DNA of 60,383 bases, the filler included, from Streblomastix strix (taxonomy: Eukaryota): NCBI GenBank assembly GCA_008636045.1. It is 3 parts of 3 records of this genome, joined end to end, with 100 filler letters (N's around TTAATTAATTAA, not from the genome) between each part and the next. Parts side by side here need not be neighbours in the genome. Positions count along the whole stretch, not along the records: positions 1 to 20,068 come from SNRW01000460.1; 2 more parts are not named here. The stretch is one strand, 5' to 3'. Below are positions 1-15,600 of the stretch, one piece after another. The translations under genes were made by a program, and so were the position numbers. Within the stretch, counting starts at the first letter, position 1. Each line of letters starts with the position of its first letter. The notes under the pieces were generated by a model. The model did no database searches and was not told where the DNA came from. It saw only the letters and a program-made list of their open reading frames with translations.

Positions 1-9
1 GGAGAAAAA

Positions 10-42
<33 letters not shown>

Positions 43-793
43 GAAACAATAAATGATTGGTGAGGAGTTGCAATTGGTGTAATTCTGGTTAAACAGCTTA
101 AGTATATATAAATAGCTTGAAATACATTTGTCGATAGTATTATATTTAATTAATTAGCGCGGAATCAGGTTATGAACTACGAGCCTGGATCAGAAACAGC
201 TGCTTATCTTTATATATTCAATTTATGATCTTTTTTTAAACTTTCAATGTTATTATCCTTTCATGTAAAGAGATTTTTTGTTTTTTATTAAAAAATAAAT
301 TTTTTCTGTGATTTTTTATAGAAATTGTTGTCCATACAATTTATTTTTATATAAGCATAAATATAAATATTGTATTTAATTACTTTTTCAATCGATTGTC
401 GATTCTATTTTCTCAGAAAATTGAGAATGTAAATTTTTATTCCAAATATTTCATTAATTCAGCATTTTTACATTTTATTCACATGTCTCAAATATTAATA
501 TTCATATTCATAATATTTTAATATTATATTAACTCTCAATGTATCTTTTTACCTAATTAATTCTTATAATATTCAATTTTTATTCGTATAGCGTGAAACT
601 TGGATTTAGAGCTTAGAACTACACAATTATACTCATATTTAATACTTTTAAGTGCAATTTTTGATTCATATGAACATTTCTAATTTAACTTGTCAATTGA
701 TCTATCCATTGTCAAATTAATTCATTTCAATAAAATTGATGTATTTGAAAATAATTTTTTTCAACTTTTTTCTATTTTAGGATATTTTGCCGA

Positions 794-3700
794 ATGAAAC
801 ATAAACATAAATTTCTGACTCACTTCATTTGTAGTCGTAGAAAGCGTCGGCAATAGAAAGCACTGAAGATCCTTGCAAAAAGATTATTTCTTATATCTAA
901 CATTCCTCGATATAATTCTGAAATCAAGGAATGGATCGATGAAGATGTAATATTTTACCTGATAATTGTATATTATCTTTATTTACATGTAATTATTCTC
1001 TTATATACATTATACACAATTTTATTAGCCTTTATGTACCTTGTAAAAATCAGATACATTTTCATATGCTGTTTTTGTGTGACCAATATTATTATTTTAT
1101 ACTTTATTTTATATTTTATTTCCATCTGCAGTGTCTTTCAATGCTTTTAGACAAGAATGAAGGAGCATGCCAGTAGTTTTGTGATGCTATTAGCCATCAT
1201 CTTTTAGTTCATCATAACTGTTCTGGTGTATTTGATGCTCTTCATATTCTCATTCTTGATTCACCAATCTTACTGAAGATTGCAATGAGAAGTGAAATAT
1301 TCTAATAATCATTGAACTTATTGAAAAGTGCTGATACTGATGATCAAAAGAATGATGATGACTATGAAAATGAATTTGATAGCAAGAATTAAACTGATTC
1401 TTCTGATATATTTAACTTTATTGATTAGAGTGCAACATATGGAGGAACTGTTGATGTATAAGGATTACCCCTTTAAGAAGATGATAATATATTGAGTACC
1501 ATGGAATATAATATAAATGATTTAAATGGATAAGATAATGAAAATAATAATCCAGATTAATAAGGAAGTTAAGATAGTTTTGATGATGATGATTCTGACT
1601 CTGATGAAGATGATGATGATGATGATTTACATTAATCAAATACAAATTAATCATAATCAAATAATACAAAATAGAAAATAGAAGAGAAGAAAGAAGAAAT
1701 AAAAGAAGTTATTCCAGATAAGATTACATCCAATATTTATAATACTAAAAAAGATGAAAATGAAGACGATTTAATTCATCTCAATCCAAATGCTGTTAAT
1801 TAATATTTTAACGATTAAGATCAACAAATGGAAATTCCAAGTAGGCCACTTTCTGCAATGTCTCATTTATCAATGAAACCCATGATACCTTAACTTCCAA
1901 TTCTGAGGGAAACAGGGAATTAATAAACTATTGGGAAAATGCCTACATTAGTTATGGTCCATTAAACAAATAGCAATTTGAATTCTGGATAAAGAACATA
2001 CACAGCTGAAACTAAAGGTAGAGCACAGCACACTCCACTTGATACTCCTAATGTAAATTCAGGCATTGATAATCAGAGATAACAGAATTAAAATCAAATT
2101 GGAGGTATTTAATAAGATAGTAATAGAAAGGAGAATGATATTAAAAGTGGAAATAAGTAATAAAATGATACTCATGCAATTATTTAAGCAAATTTAACAC
2201 CAGATGTAAAGGTATCTTCATCTAAATAATCTAATCTATTCATAACTCCCCCAATGATTGGAAGTTCACCGATGTATATTTAGTCATCATCATAACCATC
2301 TTAATTATCTTATAATACACCAATTGCACCAACAACTAATCAAGGTCAGAGTTCTAATTTATAATAAACAAATTAAAAGATGAATGTATATAGGAATATT
2401 CCTAATTCTCCACTTAGATAAGGTCAAAATGCATTTTCTTATTAATCAGATTCATTATTTGACAGCAAAGATAAGGAAAAATAGAAGAATAATGAAAAAG
2501 ATAAAAAATAAGATAAAGATCAGAAAGAAATAACAATATCAAGCAAAATCAATCAATAAAGTAAAAATCAAGAAACAGCATTATAAAATAACTTACCACA
2601 TATTTATGAACCATAAATGCACACAATATCTCAATTATTAGCTCCATTTACTCCATCAAAATCTAATATTGGAAATCTTAAGGCTCAAAATGTAGCATTA
2701 AACTCCCAGACTCAAATAAATGCTTCTTCATAATCTGGTCTCTATGGAACACCTCATTCAGTATCATCTCATAGAGTAAGTCTTAATTCATAATAAGATT
2801 CAGTTAGATAATCGCCTTCTTTTAGCTTTATTATGAATGATGGATAAAACTTAGTTTAAAATTTAAATAATAATCGAGATGGTCAAGTATCATTTAATGG
2901 GTTATCTTTCATGCATTCAAGCATGATGTAAAGTGTGGGATCTTTGAAAGGAAGTTTATCTTAGCTTTAAGCTCCTCTTATTTCAGCAGCTGCAGCAGCA
3001 ATGACAACATTGATTCAATTCAAAGGTGGAGATGCAAAAAGATATTGTGAAGAAACAGGGAAATAATCTGGATGCATCACAAATATAGAATTAGTGAAGA
3101 AAGTTGGTTAAACATCAGGATCAACACATTCAACTGCACACATTCCTTTATTTACTCTTATTAGATAATTAATGTATGAAAGATAATTTCAATAGAAGAA
3201 GAATTTTAAAGCGGAACTCGCTTCTGCCAGAGATGAAGGGAAAATAACGAATGAATTAACTCGTGAAGATGATAAATTAATATCGATCTATGATGCGAAA
3301 TAATCATCATATAATTATCCATTTGGTATATAGATATATCAACATCAATAATTACTTCAATACAACATATCATCAACATTTGGTTAATCACCAAATAATA
3401 ATTCATAACAAGCTGATTTCAGTCCAACACGATCTACTTAATCCATTGCACATAATCATGAATCTAAAATAACGAGCAGTCCCAATTAATAATATCCAAA
3501 TTATTTACCAACATAATATAATATCCCAAGTATTGTTGCTTACATGCCTACAGATGTTATTGGAAGTGCTCTTATATCATCTGTAAACTTTAAGATGGCA
3601 TATAGAACAGTTAGAATTGCAAGAACTACTGTATAATTTAATTTGAGTGATAGTGGATAGGACTTATTCAACAGTAAATTGTTTGAGGATGTAAATAAAG

Positions 3701-6700
3701 GAAATAAAGTGGAAAAAGATAATAAATTGAATTCTGATTCTCTTTTAAAAATTTCAGAATTGAAGAAAATAAATTCTTATCACCAATTGAAGAAAAGATA
3801 CCCAAGGCCTAAACCACTTAAATTAGCATTGCTTGATAAGAATGTATTAGTAGCATTGTCTTTCAATGGGCCACTATTGAAGACAGCCTATATGATAGAA
3901 GTCAATAGTACTCATGTATAGAAGCAGAGAATAAAGAATGTTAGACAATAATGGACTCGTTTCTGCCCATAAAATGGAGTAGGGTTGGGAATAGTGTGTG
4001 CACATGGACATCACCGAACAAGTGGAACTGAAAGAAGGTTGGCTGATTTGGGTAATTATATTCCAATGATTTAAGATAATGTGACAGATCTTTAAGATAA
4101 TAATAATAATAATAATAATAATAATGTAATTTACTCACAAACAACTAAAATCAAATAACCATCACATTAATCTATATAAAACTCAAGAGTACCAAGTCCA
4201 GAACTAATTATTAATTAATTGCAATCTCATTAATCAAATTTTGGATTAGGTAGTGTTACTCAATATCCATCTCGAACTTAGGTTTATTCTCCAGTGTCAT
4301 TTGAAAGAGACAATTAATTTAATATGGATGTATTAAATAATCCAAGAACAAATTTTGCTGATGCTTCTTATATTTCATTGTTTCCTCAAGTATTACTTAA
4401 TGGTTCATGGAATAGAATTTAATCAGTTCTAATGAATTTACAAGCTAATTAAGATAAAGGTCTTTTTCTTTAATCTTATTAATAATTGCCTTATATATCA
4501 AATATCTCAGAAAATTAGCAATTTGAAATTTAACAAATGATAGCAACTTCTGCTTAGTTAATTACTACCCCTGTAATTCCTTCTTTATAGAGTCTTTCTA
4601 ATTTGGGATTATTTGTAAGTTTTGCTTCTCTCTACACACCAACTATGATCGCACCTCCAAGAACTGCTCTTTTCTCAATTGAATTACCTTCACATACAGT
4701 TGAGATTTTCTCATTGAAACATATTGCTGATATTTTCTCACAGTCTTATAGTAAGAGTTCATATTAAGCAGTCATTCCTAAATATAATTTTGGAGGAGGA
4801 ACTATTGAATTCAATTAAGATTAGACATTTAAAGATGATTTTACATTTCCACTTCAATCTCCGTCATAATCAAAATTCTCATTCAACATTGGGACATATA
4901 ATTAACACACATAATAAAATTCCAATCCGTAAACATAGCAACATTCACAGCTATATTCATAATCTTAATATTACTATCCATACACAACAGCATCATCCAG
5001 ATAAGCAGGATAATAATAACCGTCATAAAGATGGCATTTAAATGCAAACTACATTACTAGTGGAAGGTAGCAAATATCTTCAACTTAAGAAGGCGATGAT
5101 CAATTAACAGATATTATAAATGAAGATGAAGAATAACTTGGTGAAAATGAAGATAACAATTAAGGAAAAGAGAAAGAAAGAAAGAAGGTTAAATTTGAAT
5201 TAAAATCCAAATCTCCTGAATTATTGAATTTAAATTATGATTCAAATGAGATAATACCTGAGGATGAGAAACTTGGATTATTTACTCGTTTTGTAAACTT
5301 CTTTAAAAGTAAGTTCGGAAGGAAAAGTGTTTCTCCATCAAAAGAATAATCAGTATCTCCAGCTCCAGAAAATACAGAAAAGTAGCGATTTCTTCCGTAT
5401 TAATAACAACCACATTAATAATAAGAGCTACTTTCACATTCCCCAATAATTCCAAGAAGTAAATAAACTCCTAAATAATCTGCTTTAATTGGTATTGAGT
5501 CTCCAAAATTGTAACTATTTGAAAAGTTAGACAATAATTCTAAATCTTTGAAGAATGGCATATAATTGACAGACCTTGCACCATTGCCAGCGTAGTAATA
5601 GCAAAATGACGAAGATTCAAACGATTTATTTTTGGAAAATGACTTTACATAATAAGTTAAATAGGCTCCATCATAATTCCATCTTCCAAAAGGAACTAAT
5701 TAAAAGGCATAATCCAAATATAGTTCAAGTGCAAGAGGAGGAACTACAAATTTAAGTTCAAACAGATAATAGAAATAAAAAGTTGCATATTAATCCTCTC
5801 AAACTCCATCATAATCTATCTCTCAATTAGTTTTATCTACTTAATAATAAACATAATAATCTTCCCCATAACAATCTTAATAAGCAAGTTAAAGTTAGAC
5901 ATTGAATATTCCACATTCGCCTAAAATGTCTTAATCTTAGAATTCAAAAAGGATAATTCATCATTCAACACAATCATCTGATAATGAAATAAGTGGAATA
6001 ACAGTAATACCTGATCCATAATAATTATAATAATCTAATCCATTTATAAGGACTGGTTCAAATGGAGATGATGGATATGATCCAAGTTTAACGAAGAGAA
6101 TGGATAAACTTGGATCAAGACAAGTTTAAGAATTAGTTATTTCTTCAAATTCATTTTTTATTCATACTTTTAAAAATAATGGTAATTTCAATTTGAGTGA
6201 TGGATATACAGATTTTGGGTTTCACACATCATATGTAACTGGTTCACCTTCATCTGTCTTTGCTTATATAATTGGCACCAGTAATGGACTTCTGAATAAT
6301 TTTGCATCTTTGACTTACTCAAAAGAGAATCGTATTTAATAGAGCTTTATTTATGAGAAGATTAAATAAAATATTGAGAAGATTAAACAAAAAGAGAGAA
6401 AAGAATTCATCAGATTAAATAACAAATCAAATTAAAGCATATAAAGTCTTTAAGATTTAAAAAATAGAGACAATGAATATTATTAAGAAATAAATAAGAA
6501 CCCTCCCTATTCAACAAGATCTCCTTACACCCTATTTATGACCTTTCCAATATTTGCTTTGATTGGCCCAGTTGCACAGAAGATCTCAAAGAAACTTGAA
6601 AATGAAGAAAAGAAGTTAAAGAAGAAAGCACAGAAAGCAGCTAAAAAGAAGGGAAATAACTCAGATAATTACAATAAATTAAATTTCTAATAGGATACAA

Positions 6701-9578
6701 ATTAAAACAAGTATCATAATACTTAAAATGAATCACATTATAATGTTTTAAAACAAAATTAATTCAATTCAATTTCAAGTTCCCATAACAGTAGTTAATA
6801 AGAGTCTGATCATGAAAAATAAAAATGCAATGAATCAAAGTTGATTGAACTTGACAAACTATTTTCAGACAAAATAAAGAACAGTTGGATGAAAGAATCA
6901 GAAAGGAAAAAGATGAGGCTTCATTGTGCATTGATTAAAATGGCAGAAGCAACTCTTAGTTTGACTCCACCATAAGAATATAGATGCAGGATTGCAGAAG
7001 CATTGCTGTCAATGGATGAAATGTCATTTGATTAAAACTTTCCTTTAGTAGATTCAATGATGTTGATGAAGCATAATGATCCAACAGTTGAACTTACTCC
7101 ATATAGGAATAGCCATTTATATAATACTTAGTAATTTTAAATAGGTCAATAGTAATAACTTCCACTTCAATTGTCATCATTTCTTGGAGTTGATTAACGT
7201 AATCGTGGTCTTTCTACATCATCAAGTTCTTCATCAGCAATATACACAAACGCAGCATTATAATCCCAATAAACATAAGTATCTAATGAACTTAATTAAG
7301 TTGTATCCTCAATAGTACCTTGGGGATCATAAGTTGTAAGTGACTATTAATCTCCAATAATGGGATTAATATGGGATACACTTCGGAATATTGCATCTAC
7401 ATATGAGTTTGATAGAATAAAAGGATTTGGATTTGGAATATCAAGATCATCATCATAAGATCAGTTGCATTCATTTCATCGTAGCTATTTAAAAGAGAGT
7501 GGAAGAGCTCATTCTGATATGTCAGTTAAGTCATTGAGTAATGTGTTAGAATCAGATGAAATGAGGAAATCTTCTTCTCTTATTATACCTCCTTTGGACA
7601 TAAACAAAACAATATAAGATTAGATTCAATAATAATAAATATAATAACAATCAAATGTACCTTAATTAATCAAATCATAATCACCCCTTCTTTTATTTGA
7701 TGGAAATAAATACCATCCTAAAAGATAATCTTTGATTAAAAATTTAGAAACTATTAATTCTAATATTAACAACTTCGACTCTGTTAACTCTACAAACTTT
7801 GCAGCTGTTGAAAAATCATCAATAAAAAATTAATCAAATCTCTCATAAGTAGAATTAGAGTAAGATTCTGCTCGTGTATAATAAGCATTTTAGTAACAAA
7901 ACTCAGCAAAAGTTGTACAAGCTGGAGCCAAGAATGCGATTATTGGCGATGTTGATGGAAATTTCTCTTCTATGATATTTAATGAAAAGCAATTGAAAGA
8001 GTTTTAATAGGAGCAAGATGAGGAATCAAACACGGATTTTGATTTTATCCGATTCACTTCTACACCTGAAACTACCCAAATATTGGACAATTCTTATGCT
8101 GTAGGAGAATACAAGTAATAACAGAACGTTAATACTTAATAGTCAAAGTCTTATTTAGATGAAGAAGATTTGTCAGATCCAGCGCTCTATATAATAAAGA
8201 AAATGCTTATGAAGAATATTGTATTGACATCAAGGCCCATTCCCATTGGACCAAAGAAATTGACAAAAATTGCTCATATTCTTTAATTATTATCAAATTA
8301 TCTGAGGTATTGCGCTTCTTCAGTAACAACAGTCAATACATTAACATTATTTGGAGAATTATTAACATGGATTAGAGCTTCATTGAGTTAAACATTCTTA
8401 ACTTTCGCATAATCTGCATCACTTATATGTCAATTTGGTGCAAATGGAATTGATATATTTAAATAAATGAAGTAAAGTAAATAAAGCTTGTTTGGAACAT
8501 TATCAGATTTGAGTAGATCACAAATATTCAAGAGTTAAACAAAGAAATAAAACTAATTCGGGAATGAATCATTAATTAATTTACTTGATGATGTAGATTT
8601 TTCAATAAATGATGGTAAAAATGCTTATTCTCCCAAAATAGCAAAACAAATACAAATTGGATCTATGGCTTCCATAGGATTTGATATTCTTCCTTTTCTA
8701 TGGGAATGCACAGCTGCTTTCTGTACATGCTTAGCAGAACTCACATTAAATTGCAATGATTATCATTCTGCACACTTCTTATTATTACTTGTCTTTGGCA
8801 AAGAACCATCAACTGCGGTGATTTCTAATCAAATCTAAGTTATGGAAAGTGTCAGAAATTAAGATGACTCGGTTAATTGGAATTAAATTGGTACTTTAAC
8901 TGGAATGAGTGGAGAAAATAATTAGATGATAATACCATAATTATCATAATAATCAAGTTAATAATCATCACAGCCCTCATAGCATTTGTCTTAGTAAATG
9001 GCAAATAATAATGTTTAAATAACTAATAATTAGATAAGTTCAGGAAGTTAATACAATATAATAAGTAATAATCGAGATGCTTCATCTTCTGATGCACATA
9101 GAGCATTAAATTAAAATAGCAAAGACATTGGAAGTGGAAGAGATAAAAATAACTAATCTAAATTCTTTATCAATTTATAAGGAGGAAAATCAACTCCAAA
9201 TATTCTTTCCCCGTCTTCATAGAATAATAGAGATGGCAATATGAGAGTATAATTCAATCTTGCTTCGTCTTCATCTGATGATAATAACAACACAATCAAC
9301 AATAATAATGTAGGAAGCAATAGACTTTTTCATAATCAATCTATGATTGTATAACCCTTGTCACCAAAATATTCTCCAAAGACTTAAATACTCACTCCAT
9401 AGATGAACTTTTAATAAAATTAAGAGTATTTATAAGATATTGATATTTTCTTAATTACAATATTTGCATATGCATTTTAACCTAAATTTATTATGGTTGG
9501 AGCTTGTTCACCATTTTCATCTCAAACATTAACTAATTATGACCAATCATCATCATCATCATCATCATCTTCTTCTTC

Positions 9579-9611
<33 letters not shown>

Positions 9612-12600
9612 TACATCTCCACCATAATAATTGCATGAAAAAACTAAATAGAAACTATCTGAAGATGATTAAATTAATGTATTTGCCAATTTATTTATGT
9701 TTTCACCTTCGCTAATCATTCTTCGCTTACTTCGCGGTGCTGTCCAATTAATTTTCAGGATAACATAATGGAATTCAACTCAAAGATATATAATTGATTC
9801 CTTTTCTGCAATAATTGATGAAAGTGAAGATAATGGATTTGAAGATGAAGGAGGAAGAGTTGATGAGAGCATTAAATGGCCTTATTCTTCACTGGTTCCT
9901 TTAATCTGCCCTGGAATTGGCTATTTGGGGAAATATTTGCATCCTGCCAAAGATGACTATGCAAATGAAACAGTTAATATGAAAGGAGGAGGAATATCCA
10001 ATAGTCAACAAAAGACTACATCTCCTTTTCTTTAAGCATCGGGATCTGCTTCTACTTTATTTACTTAATCACTTTCTCCACCTAAACCAACTGCTCCAAT
10101 TCCTAAAACTCAATCTTAATAGAATAAATCTCAATCTTAATAAAATTAATAAGAAAAATAGCAAACTAAATAATAGCAATAAAAGTAGCAGTAATACTCG
10201 TAGCAGTAATAATAATAAATCCAATAATAATAATACAAAGACTTACTTCTAGATATTTTCTTACCCAAATACATCTCAAAATCGTATTCATCTCAAAACC
10301 CTTCTTTGGAAGCATAATTATTTTAACAAAACGAACAAAGCAATCTCAGTTACTTGAATAGTTAAAGAGGTAAAATACAAGGAAATATGAAGTTAACCGA
10401 AGAAGATGGATAAATTAACTTCTAACTGCAACATTAGTAACAATCACAATCCTCATAATCTTAATCTTTGGCATCATTTACAAATGCTTCAACTTCTTAA
10501 ACTGCGTCCACTCAACCACAGTAATTACTTCAAAATAATAAATAAGATTAGCCATAAAAAATTGATGATAAGAATACTCCTTCTATTAATGCAAATTAAA
10601 GCAGAAATTAAGTTTTCAACATTTCATAATATTTTATGGATAGTTCAATGTATGTAATGTTATTGCATTTCTTCCTCGAGTTATTCTCAATCCCGCACAA
10701 TCCGTTTGTTTCTAATGCAATATATGTAAAGCATATAATTACATACCATTTATCATCATTCATTAGAATTTACTCAATGTGGAGAAGACCTCTAATGTGT
10801 ATTCCAATACAAATATTCAAGAATTAAAAAATTAATCAATTATCTTAGATATTGAAAAGAAAATAGAATTCATCAGATTATATGCCTCCATTATAATCTG
10901 GAGTTAATAATCCACCTTCAATCAAATAGAAATAAAATAAAGGAGATGAAAATTAATAAAAGAAATTTGATGATCTAAAAATATTGAAATAAAGCATAGA
11001 AAATGAAATTTAATATTTATTAACAAATAACTTTTTACCTTTTAATATCCAAATGGAAATAGCTAATTTGCATATAAGAATAATGATAGCATTTGCAGTA
11101 AATAAAGATTGCTCAGCCATACGTGATAAGTTTTAACAGACACATATTGTTGATTTCTTTTCAACTGAGATTGATTTAGAATATTTGGTTTCTACATTTG
11201 AAACATAAAATGAAAAAGATAAAGATGTTCAAATGAAGGAGTAAAATATAAATTAAAATGACGAAGAAGATAAAGAAATGAAAAATAAGATAACAATGCC
11301 TCTACTTCCAATTAATTAGTAACTCTCTTCATATTAATATACTCAATAATAAATTCAATAACAATAATAAAATTAAGACAAGAAATTACAAATATTAAAG
11401 AGAAATGAATCAAAATCATCAGAAAATGATAATAATTCTAATTAATTAAATGATGAAGCTTAAAAAGTTGGCAGATTAAGGAGTGGAACTGAATCATCAA
11501 TAAAATCTCAATAATCGATTTATAATTCAAATTTATAATAGTAATAATAGTAATAATAATTAATTACAGATTTTGAACCAAATAAAGTAACAAAAATGCC
11601 AATTCATAATGAATTATCAATAATTAATGCAAAGTTACCTCAAAGAGGTACTATATGGGATAGAGAAGATGAAATTAAAGCTTTTAATAAGAAGCATAGA
11701 GATGCAATTAAGAATGGAGTCTAGATCATGTCATAAGATGGAGATTAATTATATAATAGTGAAGATGAAATATATGTTGATGATTCTTCATCTTCATTAT
11801 CATCTACATCAGAATCTTCAACATCTTCTTTGTTAAGTTCTTCTCAATCATCATCTCGATCTTAATCTTCTTCATTCTCTTCATCTCAACAATCATCAGA
11901 ATCTTCTTCTTCATCATCATCATCTTCTGATAGTGATGATAATGAAAAATCTTCAAGTGATCATCACCACAAACATAAGAATAGAAAGAAAAGTAGAAAG
12001 AAGAAGAGTCCGAATAAAAAGAATAAGAACTAGAAAGAGTAAAGCAAAAAAGATGAGAAAAATAATAAAAAACATGGGAAGAGTAAAAGTAAGAAAAATG
12101 AGAAATACTTAGAGCGTGAAAAGACTGCATCTTCATCAACCTCAGCTTCATCTTCTTTCTCTTCTTCTTAATCTCATTCTATCAAACCTTTATAAAAATC
12201 TCCATCAGATACTTCTAAATCATCTAATGTGCATTAAAACGGTACAATGCCTCATTAATCTTCATCAAATTCGTAGTCATCTTCTTGTTATTCATCATCA
12301 TCGTAATTAACATAAATATTAGGAGATTCAGTAACAGTTGTATAGAATGCTGGAAAGCAAGGAATGAATAATAAATAATAATAACAAAATAAGAAATTGC
12401 GATCTAATAACTAATAACTTTCACCTTCATTGCAATTAGATTCAAATGATTCTAAGAGCTCAGTTAAATAATTAACAAAAGTTTAAAGCTTTGAAGCTGA
12501 TAATTAAGAATAAGATGATGAAGAAATAGATAAATTGCAAGTTAAATACTCACCTTCAGTATATTCAAATAAAATATTATAAAAATTATAAGAATTCAGA

Positions 12601-15600
12601 TAGAATAAACATAAATTAACAAGCAAAGATAGTATTTAAAGTTTAGATAATGACAATGATAAAGATTAATAAAGTTCAAGCGGAGATAATAGTGTTATTG
12701 ATAGTCAAAAACTGAAATAATTAAAAAGGACTCTAACAGGAACAACAGCAACATCAATGTATAGTTAAGGAACTGAATCTATTTAATCTCAACCAGATGA
12801 TGATGATGTTATACAATAATACAATGAATAAAAATTATGGTAATAAGAAATAGAGAAGAAAGAAAATAAAGAAAAAGGAAAAGAAAAAGAAAAAGATTAG
12901 AAATAGAACTCATAAGAATAAAATTAAAATTTCAATTTAAGTAAATCTGGTAGTGAAGCAAAATAAAAATTAAAGTCACATAAAACAGATCACTATAGCT
13001 CAAAATTATTATAATAATAATAATAATAAGGAATAGAAGAATAAAATGAAGATTATAATAGACAATAAACACAGTCAGTTCCTTTAATGACCGAATCCCC
13101 AAAAGATGAAAAATTGGTTGAGTATAAAAAGAAGAAAGATGAACAAGAAAAATAATTAGAGAAATAGTAAGAAATGGATAATTCCAAATAACAATCATCA
13201 TCATCTCATGATCCTCATGATCCTCATGAAATGTTCTCGTCTCCTTTCAACTCATAACAACAAAATTAGAATTAATAATAACACGCAGGGCATCAACAAT
13301 AAAATGAATAATAATCATCTTCTTAACAATAAACTGTTTAATAATCAGAATAATAGCTTCAAAATCTCTTCTTTGGACCAATATAATTACTAATTAACTA
13401 ATAATTATCTGATTTTCATAAATCTGCTCTTTCTGAAATTCAGGAATCATCTTCTGCATTCTCTCAAATTTCAACTGATTAATAAACTCAATTATAATAA
13501 TAGTGGATTTAATTATAGTAGTAACAATTATTATCATAATAACTATCTTAGCAGTCACAAGGATTATAACAATAAAATTCATCACAAATATAATTACTTT
13601 TTCCAAAATCATAATCTCCTAATAGTTCAAAATTTTTATAATAATAGATTTAAGAAATGCAAAGTTTGGGGAGCGATTTTAATTAGACTCATAAAAATAG
13701 TAATAATAATAATAGTAATGGAAGTATTAATTCTTCACACTCTAATTCACATGAACATTCAGATGATTCATAAACATCGTAATTAGGTGCATAAAATTAG
13801 TAATAACCTAAGTAGATATAATAATCTAATCTTAGTATATCAACATAGCCTCCTCCTCCATCCCATTCAACTCCACTTCCATATTCAAAAGTAGCACATC
13901 ATCCTGTCATACAATAACCACTATCTCCTAATTCTCCTTCATAATAAACAATTACTCACTCTATTTCTCATTCAAATAAGAAATCTAATTAATAGGTTCA
14001 TGCACGTAAACGTAAACAAAATCAAAAATCGCATATTGATATTAATGATAATAATGATACTGATAATATTCAGTCATCTTATTCATCTACTGCTTCATCT
14101 ATAAAATAAGAATAATAAAATGAATAAGTTGTAAAGAAAAAGAAGAGAATTGTTTAAGGTTAAAAGAAATTGCCAAAAAGAAACGATGCAAATTCTGAAG
14201 AATCTTCTCAATTATCAGATTCAGCTTCTTCAATTTCAGAATAATAATAAATTTATCAATAATTATTATAAAAAAAGTTGGCATAAACAATTTAATCTCC
14301 ATAATATTTAAAACCAATATAATTAACGCATTAACATTAATAATTAAATACGATTTTTACAATGGGATCTGATTTATAATAAACTTTAAATTTATCTCAA
14401 TCATCTTAAAATTTAAGTTCAACATAATAATCTTTATCTTAATCTTAAGCATTATTGCAATAATAGTAATAGCAGCACTCATTATAATTTTAATAGAATA
14501 ATTCATTCTCCGCTCTATAAAACTTAGATCCACAATATAAAAGCAATTAATAATAATAATTATAATTAGAAGAATTAAATGAAGGAATAATTGAATAAAA
14601 GAAAACAAATTTGAAAAAGATTGTTTCAAAAAAGTAACGTCAAAATTAAAATGGAATTTAATAATCAACAAATTCATAGATTTAATCTCCTTCGTCTCCA
14701 TTTTCATATTAGTCATTTCCTTCAGAATCAAACAGTCCTTCTCTTTATATTCCAAAACCTTTAGAATCCTTTTATGAAACATTAGGAAATTAATAGTAAT
14801 AAATATATAATGGAAATGATTAAGAATAATAATAAATAATATAAAAAGATGGATAAGCCATTAAAAAATAAGTTGCAAAGAAAATAAATGGGAGAAGGAA
14901 TGACAATCTACAACAAAAACCTTTATTACAAGAAAAATAAAATACACATGAAAATTCATCATTAAATTAGTCTTAATAATAAGTAAAATAAGATTTAAAA
15001 TTCAAACAAGATTAATAAGAATAAATTAAGACATAATAAATATAAATATAAGATAATACTAGTTCTACCTCAAAAACTAATAATTTATTTACTTAGATAT
15101 CATTATAAAATACATTAGATAATCCTACAGATTAATTTAAGATTGATAGCAATAGTTATAAAAGTATTGAAGAATAATAAACAAAACAGGAAAATGATGA
15201 ACAATAATAAAAGGAATAAAAAAAGTAATAGTTAGCTTTAAAATAATAGGAATAAGGAGAATTAAATAAATAAATAAACACAATTTCAGATTTACAATAG
15301 TAATAGCTAATATCAAACTCTTCAAATTTATCAAATACTAGTAGTAATAATGTTATTAGTAGTAAATAAGATTAATAAAATTAATATTAATAAAATATCC
15401 CTATGGGCAATAAACCCAGAAAAATTTCGAATGTAAAGAAAATGTAACCGAAATAAAAATAAATATAACCTTAAATATCATTAAAATCATTATAACTTTC
15501 ATAATCATTATCAAATAACTCATCAACGAATGAAAATATTGAAAACATAAATTAAATTTAATTATAAATATATAATTAAGGAACTTCATAATCATAATAA

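Noticed and set aside
17..41. Poly(A) run as a retroposon tail
   Set aside because: It lies at the contig edge with no associated element or TSD.
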